A stretch of DNA of 64,000 nt from assembly GCA_033763315.1 (NCBI GenBank), contig JANRKS010000022.1:107166-171165 (forward strand). The letters are read 5' to 3'. Positions 1-9,640 of this stretch are shown here, one piece after another. A model generated the notes under the pieces. It was given only the letters and a program-made list of their open reading frames with translations, was not told the DNA's origin and did no database searches. Within the stretch, counting starts at the first letter, position 1; each line of letters opens with the position of its first letter. The stretch is from Deltaproteobacteria bacterium (GTDB lineage Bacteria; Myxococcota_A; Polyangia; Fen-1088). The position numbers were made by a program, and so were the translations under genes.

Positions 1-1165
1 CGTCGAAACCGACCGCGCTTTTTGCGAGCTCGCCAAGCCGCGCCACTTCTTGCGCCGTGCGGGGCTTGCCATTGACGCCATCCAACAACACCGCAACGCT
101 TAAGCGCTGCACGCGCGGCGTCTTCGTCACTGTGTGCGTGGACGTCTTTGAGATCTCGAAGTTGCGAACTTCGTCTTCGCGCTTGCTGGCGCCGTTTTGC
201 AAGGCGCCGGCCGCACCAGCCACTGTGGTAAGTGGTTGGTTGGCTGCGGCACCGGCCACGCCACCGGCTGAGGGTCCGCCTTGGCCTGTTTGTTCGTTGA
301 CCACGCGCTCGCTCCGTACCGCGCTGGCCTCGGGATCGAACTTCTCTGAGTTGCTCTCCACTTGTGACGAGTCCAACGTCACTGAGATCTTCGCCTCAAC
401 CGCTTCGGTGCCCACCGCACGCGAAAGCAGCTGCACCACGCGGCGTTCAAGCGCTTTTTCCATCGTGCGTTGTTCATCCGAAGCTTTGGCGCCCGGGCTT
501 TCCTCGCCCGCAAGCACAGCCCCCTGCCCGTCCATCACTGTGACGCTTTCGGCGCGCAGGCCCGGAACGGCAGACGCCACCAAATGACGAATGCCCTGCA
601 ACTCGCGATCGCCCAACTGACGGCCTGGTTGCAGATTCACCACCACGGCCGCCGTGGCTTCTTTGTCTTCATCGCGGTAAAGGCCGTGTTGGCCAAACGT
701 GATGTGAACGCGTGCCGAACGCACAGAGGAAAGGCGGCCGACGGTCCGTCCCAGTTCGCCTTCAGTGGCGCGCCGCAAATTGATCTTCTGCGTGAATTCG
801 GAGACGCCCAGATCGCCCTTGTCGAAGATCTCAAAGCCCACCCCGCCACCGCGTGGGATGCCGGAGCTGGCCAGCAACAGCCGTGCGTCGTAAACCTTGG
901 ACGCAGGCACAGCCAGCGCGGTTCCATTGGCTTCCAAGCGGAACGGCACGCCCGTGGCCTTCATCTGTGCCGCCGCTTCAGCCGCGTCTTCTGGTGTCAG
1001 GTTTGTGAAGACGTATTGGTACGTGCCACCTGACGAAAGGATCGACGCCACAATGATGGCGGTGATAAGAACGCCCACCGCCCCGACGACCGCAAGCTTC
1101 ATCAGGTTCGTGAGCGCCCAAAAGCGCTTCGGCAGATCTTTGAGCTGGTTCAGCAGCGGTTCCAC
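1..1165 (-). CDS. fliF: Flagellar MS-ring protein FliF (3' end runs off the window)
   Basis: Not in the ORF track. Manual translation from GTG 1165 gives MEPLLNQLKDLPKRFW, a TM helix, then ...VYDARLLLASSGIPRGGGVGFEIFDKGDLGVSEFTQKINLRRATEGELGRT (FliF GFEIFD/EGEL motifs). Directly follows fliE. Confidence 0.93.
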   Translation of the reverse strand, partial: MEPLLNQLKDLPKRFWALTNLMKLAVVGAVGVLITAIIVASILSSGGTYQYVFTNLTPEDAAEAAAQMKATGVPFRLEANGTALAVPASKVYDARLLLASSGIPRGGGVGFEIFDKGDLGVSEFTQKINLRRATEGELGRTVGRLSSVRSARVHITFGQHGLYRDEDKEATAAVVVNLQPGRQLGDRELQGIRHLVASAVPGLRAESVTVMDGQGAVLAGEESPGAKASDEQRTMEKALERRVVQLLSRAVGTEAVEAKISVTLDSSQVESNSEKFDPEASAVRSERVVNEQTGQGGPSAGGVAGAAANQPLTTVAGAAGALQNGASKREDEVRNFEISKTSTHTVTKTPRVQRLSVAVLLDGVNGKPRTAQEVARLGELAKSAVGFD

Positions 1166-1168
1166 AGA

Positions 1169-1489
1169 TTAACCACCCATCCTCATGACGCTTTGATACG
1201 CCTCAAGCACCTTCGACTTGACCTTGAGCGCCAGGCGCATCGAGATGTTCGCCTTCTCAAGCGCAATCGACATCTCGTGCAGATTGCCATCGCCCATCGC
1301 GACCTTCTTCACTTCGCTGTCGGCATCCAACTGCAAGCGATCCAACTCGCCCACGGCCTTGGTCAAAACGTTGCCGAAGTTCTCGCCGCCCGGCTTGGAC
1401 GCGGCTTGCACGTCGCGCAGCGATTCGGAGCGTGAGCTGCCCGAAAGGTTTTCGACGGCCAGCGATTGAATGCGGTCTTCGATGTTCAT
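1169..1489 (-). CDS. fliE: Flagellar hook-basal body protein FliE
   Basis: C-terminal LHEMSIALEKANISMRLALKVKSKVLEAYQSVMRM; lies between flgC and fliF. Confidence 0.93.
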   Translation of the reverse strand: MNIEDRIQSLAVENLSGSSRSESLRDVQAASKPGGENFGNVLTKAVGELDRLQLDADSEVKKVAMGDGNLHEMSIALEKANISMRLALKVKSKVLEAYQSVMRMGG

Positions 1490-1497
1490 GCTTTACC

Positions 1498-1914
1498 TCA
1501 GCGCGCGATGTCCAAGGCACGCATCGCCATGCCTTTGACGGTTTCCACCGCCGTGGCATTGGCTTCATAACCGCGCGAGGCCGACATCAAGTTCACAACC
1601 TCATGGATGGGGTTGACGTTGGGAAACGTCACAAAGCCTTCGGGGTCGGCGTCGGGGTGGCCCGGGCTGTACACGCGGCGGCCTTGCGTTTGATCTTGCA
1701 CCACCTGCGACACGCGCACCGCTGAAGGCCCGTCGCCATTGAGATAGGCATCAAATGGCACCGACTCAACCACAGGATCAAGCCGCTTGTAGGGCCCCCC
1801 TTGTGCCGTACGCGTGACCTCTGCGTTCGCCAGATTGGACGAAGCCAAATTTACGCGGGCACGTTCCACTGAAAGACCCGAGCCACTGATTCGAAGAGCT
1901 GTGAAAAAGTCCAT
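1498..1914 (-). CDS. flgC: Flagellar rod protein FlgC
   Basis: ISGSGLSVERARVNLASSNLANA...GGPYKR...PGHPDAD..GFV.FPNVN..HEVVNLMSASRGYEAN; ATG 1914 follows an AAGGAG RBS. Confidence 0.96.
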   Translation of the reverse strand: MDFFTALRISGSGLSVERARVNLASSNLANAEVTRTAQGGPYKRLDPVVESVPFDAYLNGDGPSAVRVSQVVQDQTQGRRVYSPGHPDADPEGFVTFPNVNPIHEVVNLMSASRGYEANATAVETVKGMAMRALDIAR

Positions 1915-1948
1915 CGTCGCACTCCTTGCGCAAAACTTCACGCGCGGC

Positions 1949-2359
1949 TTACGAGCCCTCGCTCACCACATATTTCAAAATCGCAAGCTTGGCGTTGGCC
2001 GCGCGTGCGTTGGCGCCGTATTGAATGGCGTTTTCGGCCATCGCCGACATCGTCGTGTCGAGATCCACTTCGTTGCCATCGAACGAGGGCGTGCCGCCGG
2101 CCACGCGATGAACAAACGAATCGACATCGGCGCCCGTTCCATTGGTTTCGCCGCTGGTGTCCATGTGCATAGGCTGCGTGTGCGCCAACGGCTGCACGTC
2201 CTGCATCGCTTGGCTCATGGCTGCCATGAAGTCGATGTCTTTGGGCTTAAATCCCGGCGTGTCTGAGTTTGCGATGTTTCCCGACAACACACCCTGACGC
2301 GCCAGCCGCACGTCCAGCGAGCGCTCTACCTGGGTCAAAGTTGTGTCGAAAATCTTCAT
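1949..2359 (-). CDS. flgB: Flagellar rod protein FlgB
   Basis: SGNIANSDTPGFKPKDIDF and DGNEVDLD motifs; GAGG RBS. Confidence 0.96.
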   Translation of the reverse strand: MKIFDTTLTQVERSLDVRLARQGVLSGNIANSDTPGFKPKDIDFMAAMSQAMQDVQPLAHTQPMHMDTSGETNGTGADVDSFVHRVAGGTPSFDGNEVDLDTTMSAMAENAIQYGANARAANAKLAILKYVVSEGS

Positions 2360-2366
2360 GGAAACC

Positions 2367-3485
2367 TCACGCAGCTTGTTCTGCAGCCTTATCCTGCGAA
2401 GACCGTGCCACCTTCACGTCACGTTCTTGGCGGGTCACAGAGGCGCTATCGACCTCCTGTGCCACCTCCATAACCACACCCGCCTGCCGCCAGGCCTTCA
2501 GCTTGTTCCGCAGCGTGCGCAAGCTGATCCCCAGCAGGCGTGCGGCGTGCGTGCGGTTGCCAGACACCCGTCGCAACGCCTCTTGAATCGCCATGCGTTC
2601 AAGTTCGCCCAAATCGACCGGCAAAGCCCAGGTGCTGGGTGGCTTGGCGGGCGGCGCTTCAGCTTTGGCGCGTTCACTGCTGGCCGGCATACGCGGATCA
2701 AAAAAGAAGTCGCTTGACTCAAGCACCGGCTGCCGGCAACGAATGAGAGCGCGCTCAATCAGATTTCGCAGCTCGCGCACGTTACCGTCAAAGCCATAGC
2801 CGTCGAGCGTGCTGAGCGCTGACGCTGACAACACCGGCGGGGTGCGCCCCAAATCTTGCGACAAGCGATCCACGAAGTGACGCGCCAGGGCCTCGATGTC
2901 TTCCCGACGTTCACGCAAAGGCGGTATCACGATCGGAAACACACACAGCCGGTAATAAAGATCAGCGCGGAACCGTCCTGCCACGACTTCGGCGCGCAGA
3001 TCCCGGTTCGAGGTTGCGACGATGCGCACATCCACGGCCACGGGCGCGCGCCCACCCACGCGATCCACTTGCCGCTCTTGCAACACGCGCAGCAGTTTGG
3101 CTTGTAAGCCGAGCGGCAACTCCGACACTTCGTCGAGCAGAAGGGTGCCGCCGTTGGCTTGCTCAATGCGCCCGGGCCGCATTGCCGTGGCGCCCGAAAA
3201 AGCGCCCGCTTCATGGCCAAACAGCTCGCTTTCCAGCATATCTGCCGGCAAGGCCGCGCAGTTCAACGCCACCCACGGCCCGGCCACGCGCGCCGACAAC
3301 TCGTGGATGAACCTCGCCACCACCTCTTTGCCCGTGCCGCTTTCACCTAACAGCAGCACCGTGGCATCCGTTTCGGCCACATCCGCCGCACAGGCCACGA
3401 CGTTGCGCATGGCACCGCTGACCATCACTGGAAAGGACACGCCATTGGGTTGGCTTAAGCCCAACCCGTTTACGATCGCAACCAT
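2367..3485 (-). CDS. sigma54-dependent activator (FleR/FlgR-like position), no receiver domain
   Basis: GESGTGKE Walker [22 protein letters not shown] Walker B, GNVREL, Fis HTH ([13 protein letters not shown]). Only about 20 aa precede the AAA domain. Confidence 0.9.
   Translation of the reverse strand: MVAIVNGLGLSQPNGVSFPVMVSGAMRNVVACAADVAETDATVLLLGESGTGKEVVARFIHELSARVAGPWVALNCAALPADMLESELFGHEAGAFSGATAMRPGRIEQANGGTLLLDEVSELPLGLQAKLLRVLQERQVDRVGGRAPVAVDVRIVATSNRDLRAEVVAGRFRADLYYRLCVFPIVIPPLRERREDIEALARHFVDRLSQDLGRTPPVLSASALSTLDGYGFDGNVRELRNLIERALIRCRQPVLESSDFFFDPRMPASSERAKAEAPPAKPPSTWALPVDLGELERMAIQEALRRVSGNRTHAARLLGISLRTLRNKLKAWRQAGVVMEVAQEVDSASVTRQERDVKVARSSQDKAAEQAA
2395..2410 (-). promoter_or_regulatory. 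sigma54 (-24/-12) promoter for the flgB operon
   Basis: Minus strand reads TGGCACG-GTCT-TCGCA (consensus TGGCACG-N4-TTGCA, GG-N10-GC spacing), 35 bp upstream of the flgB ATG and inside the activator CDS. Confidence 0.8.
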
Positions 3486-3487
3486 GC

Positions 3488-4921
3488 TCAATCTCCCTTG
3501 TTCTCGCCCGCAAGCGGGCCCTTCGTTTTCGCATCTGCCGTCGCGGGTTTCGCGGGCGCTGACTCGTCTTTTCCGCTCAAGAACGAGTTGATCCGGGCAG
3601 ATAAACCCAAAGCGGTGGCCAGCGTTTCAGCCGCACTATCTGCCAGCGGTGGTGGTTTATCTTCTTCATTAACCTTCGGTTTGGGCGGCTCCCCACGGCG
3701 CATGAGCTTGCGCACGGCCTGCCAGCGCGCCGATCCCATTTGTTTGCGTAACCCACGCGCGTCGGCGAAATCGTAGATAACGCGCGCACGCACAGGGTCG
3801 TTGGCCATCAGGTACAGCTCTGCCGCGCGCACCAAGTGGTCTGACAGCGCGACGTCAGGCACCTCCCCTGACACGGCAGACAACAGGTTGGCGCCAAACG
3901 CAGGCGCGCTGAGTTTTGCGGCAACCTCGGCGCCTTCACGTGCCAAATCAACGGCCACAGGGCCCTTCGTGCGATCTGGCAGCAGCATGTAGACCTCCAT
4001 CACCTTGCGCGCCTCATCGACGGTGACGTGACGAAGCGCGGTTAACACCAAACGCCGGCACAAAACGCCTGTGGGCAGTTGGCAAAACTTCTCGTCGTCG
4101 ACGCTTTCAAAACGGCGCCGCATGGTTTCAACGGAACGCACGAACATTCCTGCAAACGACAACGCCCGGGCGGAACGCAAAACCAGATCGTCGCGCAAAG
4201 GGCCGGGCAACGAATACGGATCAGGATCCAGCGACGGCATATACACAATGCATTCGGGATCGAACTCGCACAGCCGCGCCGCGGAAAGGCGCCCATAAAC
4301 ACCCACGCGGCTGCCGAGCTCGTACCAACCTAACGCCGTTTGTGGATCGCCCGCGATGAGCGCCAGATCCCCCAAACGAACTTGCGCCAACAACAACGCA
4401 TGTGAATTCAATGCCGAGCGAAACAGATTGGCAGCCTCGAGAAAACGCCCCTCGTGCAGCGCCTGCTCGGCACGCACCACCGCTCTTTCGCCGGCCCAAC
4501 CATCGCCCATGTTCAGCACCTGCGGATCGAAATAGGTCACGGGTGGCCCATCGATGCCAAGCCGCCAAGGCAGCCCACGCAGTTCGTTGATGTCCAAGAA
4601 CGTGTCGCGTCCCTCTTTCGTCAACACGGCGTCAAGCTGGGGCGTTTTGCAGCGCAGCTCCACATATGACTTTTCAACATGGATGTCGCTGCAGATTTGC
4701 CCGGCGGCCGCGCCGATTCGCGCGCCCAATTGAGCCACGTTTCCTGCGGTGTGCAGCCGTATCACTTGATCGAGCGGCACCACTTCCACCCTGATCGCTG
4801 AGCCAAACGGTGAAAGCTTGATGCGCTCAGCGGTGGCGGCGGTGGCCAAGCGAAGCGCGGGCGCGGGGGCACGCGATTCAGCCGGTTCCGTAAGCGCCAA
4901 GATTGTGACTAACCACCACAC
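3488..4921 (-). CDS. Hypothetical exported, helical (TPR-like) protein in the flagellar operon
   Basis: 477-aa ORF with host-like codon use, a hydrophobic N-terminus and Ala/Leu-rich helical repeats; abuts the activator gene. Confidence 0.7.
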   Translation of the reverse strand: MWWLVTILALTEPAESRAPAPALRLATAATAERIKLSPFGSAIRVEVVPLDQVIRLHTAGNVAQLGARIGAAAGQICSDIHVEKSYVELRCKTPQLDAVLTKEGRDTFLDINELRGLPWRLGIDGPPVTYFDPQVLNMGDGWAGERAVVRAEQALHEGRFLEAANLFRSALNSHALLLAQVRLGDLALIAGDPQTALGWYELGSRVGVYGRLSAARLCEFDPECIVYMPSLDPDPYSLPGPLRDDLVLRSARALSFAGMFVRSVETMRRRFESVDDEKFCQLPTGVLCRRLVLTALRHVTVDEARKVMEVYMLLPDRTKGPVAVDLAREGAEVAAKLSAPAFGANLLSAVSGEVPDVALSDHLVRAAELYLMANDPVRARVIYDFADARGLRKQMGSARWQAVRKLMRRGEPPKPKVNEEDKPPPLADSAAETLATALGLSARINSFLSGKDESAPAKPATADAKTKGPLAGENKGD

Positions 4922-4934
4922 GCATGCTGTTCAA

Positions 4935-4950
4935 TGCACCCCGCGTGCCG
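4935..4950 (-). promoter_or_regulatory. Possible sigma54 promoter
   Basis: Minus strand CGGCACG-CGGG-GTGCA with GG-N10-GC spacing, 13 bp upstream of GTG 4921. Confidence 0.5.
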
Positions 4951-5081
4951 AATTGACCGAGTGGGCGGCAATTCCTTCCACGCGCCACATGCGAGCCGCG
5001 CCCTGCCTGGTGTGGCACGGCGCCAAAAGCAAAACCCGCTTCAACTCGAAGCGGGTTTGCCATGGAACAGCGAAATTGGCG

Positions 5082-6332
5082 CTAAATCTTCGATGATTCG
5101 CGACGACGCAGCTTCTCGACCAGCGTTGTGCGGCCCATACCCAACAAGCGCGCGGCTTCTTTCTTGTTGCCGCCCGTCTGCCCTAGCGCTGCATCTAAGT
5201 AGGCATTTTCCAGCTCGCGCAGCATCGTGGGCAGATCCAACGGCAGCATCAACCGCACTGTGGGGAACGGCGGCCGATCGAAAACGCCCAGATCCAACAC
5301 TTGCCCTGGCAACGTGAGCGGCGGCGGCGTCAACTCGTCGTCCACCACCGCAGGAGGCGTGCGTGAAGGCGGAATGAACGAAACCGGCGCTGGCGTGATT
5401 TCCGCGGGTGCACTCACAAGTTGTGGAGGTGCCACGGGCGCGGCGAGCGGACGCTCATAACTTGTGAGCGTGGGAACGTAGATCTCACGGGAAACGCCGT
5501 CGTCCAGATCAAGCTGTGGCAGCGCTGCGTGACCTTCGGCGTGCCCCCCGAACTCCGGTGGCAGATCGTTGACCCGCACAACGGGGCCCTCGGTGCAAAC
5601 AGAAAGCCGCTCCACGAGATTCTCAAGTTCACGCACGTTGCCCGGCCAAGGGTAAGCCGAAAGCAGGCGCAAGACTTCTGGATCCACGGGGCGGGTCTCC
5701 CCCCGCGAGCGCCAAAAGTGAGCGAACAAAACCGCCACGTCGCCCGTGCGTTCACGCAAGGCGGGTAGTCGGATGGGACACACGAACAAACGGTAGTAAA
5801 GATCGCTGCGGAACCGCCCGGCTTTGACCTCCAACGCGAGATCGCGGTTTGTTGCAGCAATCAACCGAAAGGTGGCGGTGACAGAATCAGAGCTTCCGAC
5901 GGGCTCGTAGGTCCGCTCTTGCAGCAAGCGCAACAACTTGACTTGCAGGCCCAGCGGCAACTCGCCGATTTCGTCCAAGAACAAAGTGCCACCCTCGGCC
6001 ATGGCGACGCGGCCTTTGCGCGGGGTGGCGGCACCGGTGAAGGCCCCCTTGACGTAACCGAACAGTTCGCTCTCAAGCAGGTTCTCAGGAATGGCGCCGC
6101 AATTGACGGGAACGAACGGACGCGTCGCCCGGGGGCTGCTGGCGTGAATGAAGCGTGCGAACACCTCTTTGCCCGTGCCTGTTTCGCCCGTCAAAAGCAC
6201 CGTGGCGTCGCTGACCGCGATCCGCCCACAGGCGCGGCGCGTCTCAGCCAAAGGCGAGCCAGCACCGTGGACCAAGCCAGAGCCAGCCTTCGCCACCTGC
6301 AAACCCTCTACAGATACCGCATGAACTGCCAT
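5082..6332 (-). CDS. sigma54-dependent activator (FleQ/FlrA-like), no N-terminal sensory domain
   Basis: [41 protein letters not shown], long Pro-rich linker, Fis HTH. ATG 6332 chosen as start. Confidence 0.9.
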   Translation of the reverse strand: MAVHAVSVEGLQVAKAGSGLVHGAGSPLAETRRACGRIAVSDATVLLTGETGTGKEVFARFIHASSPRATRPFVPVNCGAIPENLLESELFGYVKGAFTGAATPRKGRVAMAEGGTLFLDEIGELPLGLQVKLLRLLQERTYEPVGSSDSVTATFRLIAATNRDLALEVKAGRFRSDLYYRLFVCPIRLPALRERTGDVAVLFAHFWRSRGETRPVDPEVLRLLSAYPWPGNVRELENLVERLSVCTEGPVVRVNDLPPEFGGHAEGHAALPQLDLDDGVSREIYVPTLTSYERPLAAPVAPPQLVSAPAEITPAPVSFIPPSRTPPAVVDDELTPPPLTLPGQVLDLGVFDRPPFPTVRLMLPLDLPTMLRELENAYLDAALGQTGGNKKEAARLLGMGRTTLVEKLRRRESSKI

Positions 6333-6528
6333 CTTGATGGTTTCTGCATCGGCGGCCCTGAAGCACCCTTGAGCCAAAAACGTGTCGTTTCGCTTTTTCG
6401 TCAGAACACGGACACAGCGACCGCGTCAAAAGTGCGGCGGCCTGCCGCATCATAGAAGACATCTCCTCTATCAAGAGGGTCACAACTTCAGGCGATACAC
6501 CCATGGGGACGGGCTCCACAGCATCGAA

Positions 6529-7800
6529 ATGGCGGCAACAGGCAAAAGCGCACGTGTGATCTCCATTGGCGGGGGCAAAGGTGGCGTGGGCAAGAGCATC
6601 GTCGCTGGCAACCTCGCGGTGGCCTTTGCGCAAATGGGGTTACGCGTGGTCTTGGTGGATGCCGATTTGGGCGCCGCCAACCAGCACACCTTGCTGGGCG
6701 TGGATCGAGCGTCCACAGGGCTCTTGGATTTCCTTGAACGGAAGGTGGAAACGCTATCCGAGGCCACTTCGCCCACCAACGTAGAGAACTTGCGTTTGGT
6801 GGTGGGCACGGGCGCGGTGCCAAACGCCGCCAACATCAGTCACGCACAAAAGCAGAAGCTGATGCGACACATCCGTTCGGCAGACGCCGACGTGGTGGTG
6901 ATCGATGTCGGCGCAGGATCGTCTCACAACACGGTCGACTTTTTCGACCTGGGCGACGCACGCGTGTTGGTGGTCACCGCACAATTGACGTCCATTCAAA
7001 ACGCTTACGGCTTCCTCAAGGCCGCCGTGCTACGTCTGCTAAAGCACGCGTGCGTTGGCAAAGAACAGATCGATGTGTTCGATGCGTCGGTGGGTCTGCG
7101 TGAGACCGAGCGCATCGACGACATTCTAAGCCGCGTGGCACACGCAGATGCGGCGCTCGAAGGCCATCTGCGCGACGTGCTGGCCAGCTTCGACGTGCGC
7201 TTGGTGGGCAACCAAGTGGCGGAGAGCCAGGATATGGGCATCTTCCGCGGCGTGGGCCGCATGGTGCGCGACTTTTTGGCGGTTCCGCTGCCCTTGGCGG
7301 GATTCTTGTCGCAAACGCGCGACGTACATGAATCTGTAAACCGGCGCACACCTGTGTTGCTGACCAACCCTCACGATGAAAACGCGCGGGCCTTGCGCGC
7401 CATTGCAGAGTCGCTGCTTATCCCGTTGCCCAGCCCCGAGCCAAGGCGCCCCCCCCACGCCGGACGCTTGCTCAACGGCGACGAAGACGTGGCGCAGGTG
7501 TTGCGACGCCACCCACGCCTGACTGTGGATTGGGTGGCGGCCATTGAACAAGCGGGGCGCATCACTTCGGTGCGCGTGATTGACGTCTCCGCGGGAGGCG
7601 TGGGCATCGTGACGCGCCTCAAGCTCACCGACGGAGATAAGTTCAACCTCATATTGAACCAGCCTCAGCTTAAACTGACGGTCCCAACCGTGGTGCGTAA
7701 CGTGGAAGCCGACGGCACACGGGTGGGCTTGTCCTACGTGGCCGAGGATGAAACGCCACTGAGGATTTTGAAGGTCGCGCGCGCCGATCTCACCCGGTAA
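6529..7800 (+). CDS. FleN/FlhG (MinD-like) ATPase fused to a C-terminal PilZ domain
   Basis: Deviant Walker A GKGGVGKS, DADLGAAN, IDVGAG; C-terminal RRHPR (RxxxR) and DVSAGG (DxSxxG). Confidence 0.88.
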   Translation: MAATGKSARVISIGGGKGGVGKSIVAGNLAVAFAQMGLRVVLVDADLGAANQHTLLGVDRASTGLLDFLERKVETLSEATSPTNVENLRLVVGTGAVPNAANISHAQKQKLMRHIRSADADVVVIDVGAGSSHNTVDFFDLGDARVLVVTAQLTSIQNAYGFLKAAVLRLLKHACVGKEQIDVFDASVGLRETERIDDILSRVAHADAALEGHLRDVLASFDVRLVGNQVAESQDMGIFRGVGRMVRDFLAVPLPLAGFLSQTRDVHESVNRRTPVLLTNPHDENARALRAIAESLLIPLPSPEPRRPPHAGRLLNGDEDVAQVLRRHPRLTVDWVAAIEQAGRITSVRVIDVSAGGVGIVTRLKLTDGDKFNLILNQPQLKLTVPTVVRNVEADGTRVGLSYVAEDETPLRILKVARADLTR

Positions 7801-7852
7801 GCAAAACCAGGGCTTGGCGTGTGCAAGCCTGCACTGATAGGCTGCTCATTCT

Positions 7853-8416
7853 GTGTCCAAAATGGAAAAGCCCAAGCGCGTCCCCTCCCCTGACAATCTG
7901 GTGTGGATCGATCTCGAGATGACCGGGCTTGACCTGGATCAGCACGTGATCATCCAGGCCGCCGTGATCATCACCGATGCGGAACTGCGTCCGCTGGAAG
8001 AGTTCGCCTGTGACGTGTGGCAGCCCGAAGCCGACCTGGCGCGCATGTCCCCGTTCGTGCGTGAAATGCACGAGACCAACGGTTTAATAGAGCGCGTGCG
8101 TGCAAGCCGGTTTGATACGGGCGACGCGGAAAAGCGGCTGTTGGAACGCGTGGCAGGTTGGTGCACGTATCCCGCCACGGTGTGTGGCAACACGATCTGG
8201 CAAGATCGTAAGTTCATCGATAAATACATGCCGGGCCTCGGCCGCTATTTGCACTACCGGCTGATCGACGTCAGCTCACTTAAATCTTTGGCACAGCGGT
8301 GGTATCCCGATGCGGCGCCGTTTGCGAAGTCAAAGCAAGGCGAACATGACGCCTTGGTCGACATTCGCAATTCCATCGCTGAACTGGCCCATTACCGCAA
8401 AACAATCTTGCGCTAA
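7853..8416 (+). CDS. orn: Oligoribonuclease
   Basis: LVWIDLEMTGLD, MHETNGL, GNTIWQDRKF..KYMP, HYRLIDVSSLK, HDALVDIRNSIAEL.HYR. Confidence 0.95.
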   Translation: MSKMEKPKRVPSPDNLVWIDLEMTGLDLDQHVIIQAAVIITDAELRPLEEFACDVWQPEADLARMSPFVREMHETNGLIERVRASRFDTGDAEKRLLERVAGWCTYPATVCGNTIWQDRKFIDKYMPGLGRYLHYRLIDVSSLKSLAQRWYPDAAPFAKSKQGEHDALVDIRNSIAELAHYRKTILR

Positions 8417-8418
8417 CG

Positions 8419-9558
8419 ATGAGTTCGCCACGCCAGCCGTCAGCCGCCACGATCACGACCTTGCTTGGCGGCTTGGTTGGCTTAGCCGCTTTGCTGTGTG
8501 TGACCGGCTGCGAACAGCGGAACAGCAATACCGATGGCGGCGCCACCGATGCGTTCAATGACGATAGCCTTGGCGGCCCTGATGTCTTGAGCATCGGCCT
8601 TTCCGTTGACTTCACCATCAATTGCCCTGTGGCCACCGATGCCGACGCCGGCCTCCCAACCGGCTGCTGTCGTGCGCCCGCGCCCGCGGTCTTGACGTTC
8701 GTGCCGATCACGGGTGGCCCCGTGGACCGCTATTTCTGGCAATTCGGCGACGAGCAGAAATCCTTCGTCGTGACGCCCACGCATACCTATGCCTTACCCA
8801 ACCAATACGACGTAACGTTGGTGGTGGGCGGCAGCGCCGGCACATTGTCGGAAACCAAACGCGCATGCGTCGACGTGCAGCCAAACCCCACGGGTGCGGC
8901 GTGCGAGGTGGATGTGCAATGCCAAACGGGCAACACATGTTTGTGCGGCGCCCAAAGCCAATGCGGTTCGCCGTTTTTCCGCGGGCTCTGCGTGAAAAGC
9001 TGCCGCGATGCCGATTGCGCGGCGCCGTCGGTGTGCGCGGACCTCAGTTTGGGGGGCGGGGCCACAACCGAATCACCTTGGCGGCGCCCGTGGTGCCTGG
9101 GCGCGTGTGCAACCAGTGCGGATTGCCCCGTGGGCAACCAATGCCGTGAGCTTCCGGGCCGCTATCCCGCGGGCAAATGGGTCAAAGCCTGCTTTCCCAG
9201 TTTTCCTTTGCCGTCGGGCAGCCCCTGCCGAAACGCCAAAGGCGTGCTCGATTCACCCAGTTGTGTGACTGGTTTATGTGCCGACATCGGCGCGCTCGGT
9301 ATGTGTACCAACCGTTGTGAAAACAGCGATTGCCCCGCCAACTTCACTTGCAGCGCCTTGGCGAATGGGGAAAAGGCTTGCCTGCCCAACTGCAAACCAG
9401 GCGACACGTGCAATGACGATTTATGGCTTGCCTGTCGACCCACGGCGGGCGGTTTGACGGGATCAGTGTGTGGACCTCGGCCGTGCACCGCCGACGCTGA
9501 TTGCGTGAACGGCCGCTGCGCCCTATCGGGATCCTCCGGGGTTTGTTCGAGCCGTTAG
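8419..9558 (+). CDS. Lipoprotein with PKD domain and Cys-rich repeats
   Basis: Lipobox VTGC; PKD motif YFWQFGD...PTHTY..P..YDVTLVV; many CxxxxxC repeats. Confidence 0.8.
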   Translation: MSSPRQPSAATITTLLGGLVGLAALLCVTGCEQRNSNTDGGATDAFNDDSLGGPDVLSIGLSVDFTINCPVATDADAGLPTGCCRAPAPAVLTFVPITGGPVDRYFWQFGDEQKSFVVTPTHTYALPNQYDVTLVVGGSAGTLSETKRACVDVQPNPTGAACEVDVQCQTGNTCLCGAQSQCGSPFFRGLCVKSCRDADCAAPSVCADLSLGGGATTESPWRRPWCLGACATSADCPVGNQCRELPGRYPAGKWVKACFPSFPLPSGSPCRNAKGVLDSPSCVTGLCADIGALGMCTNRCENSDCPANFTCSALANGEKACLPNCKPGDTCNDDLWLACRPTAGGLTGSVCGPRPCTADADCVNGRCALSGSSGVCSSR

Positions 9559-9640
9559 ACCCACCCTCCGTGAGATACCGCACCTTAAAGGCTTTGGGCG
9601 TGGTGTCCCCTCTTGCGTCGGGTGGCCTTGGCAGCGCAGC

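Noticed and set aside
5013-5030. TGGCACGG on the plus strand as a sigma54 promoter
   Set aside because: No GC at the -12 spacing and no plus-strand gene downstream.
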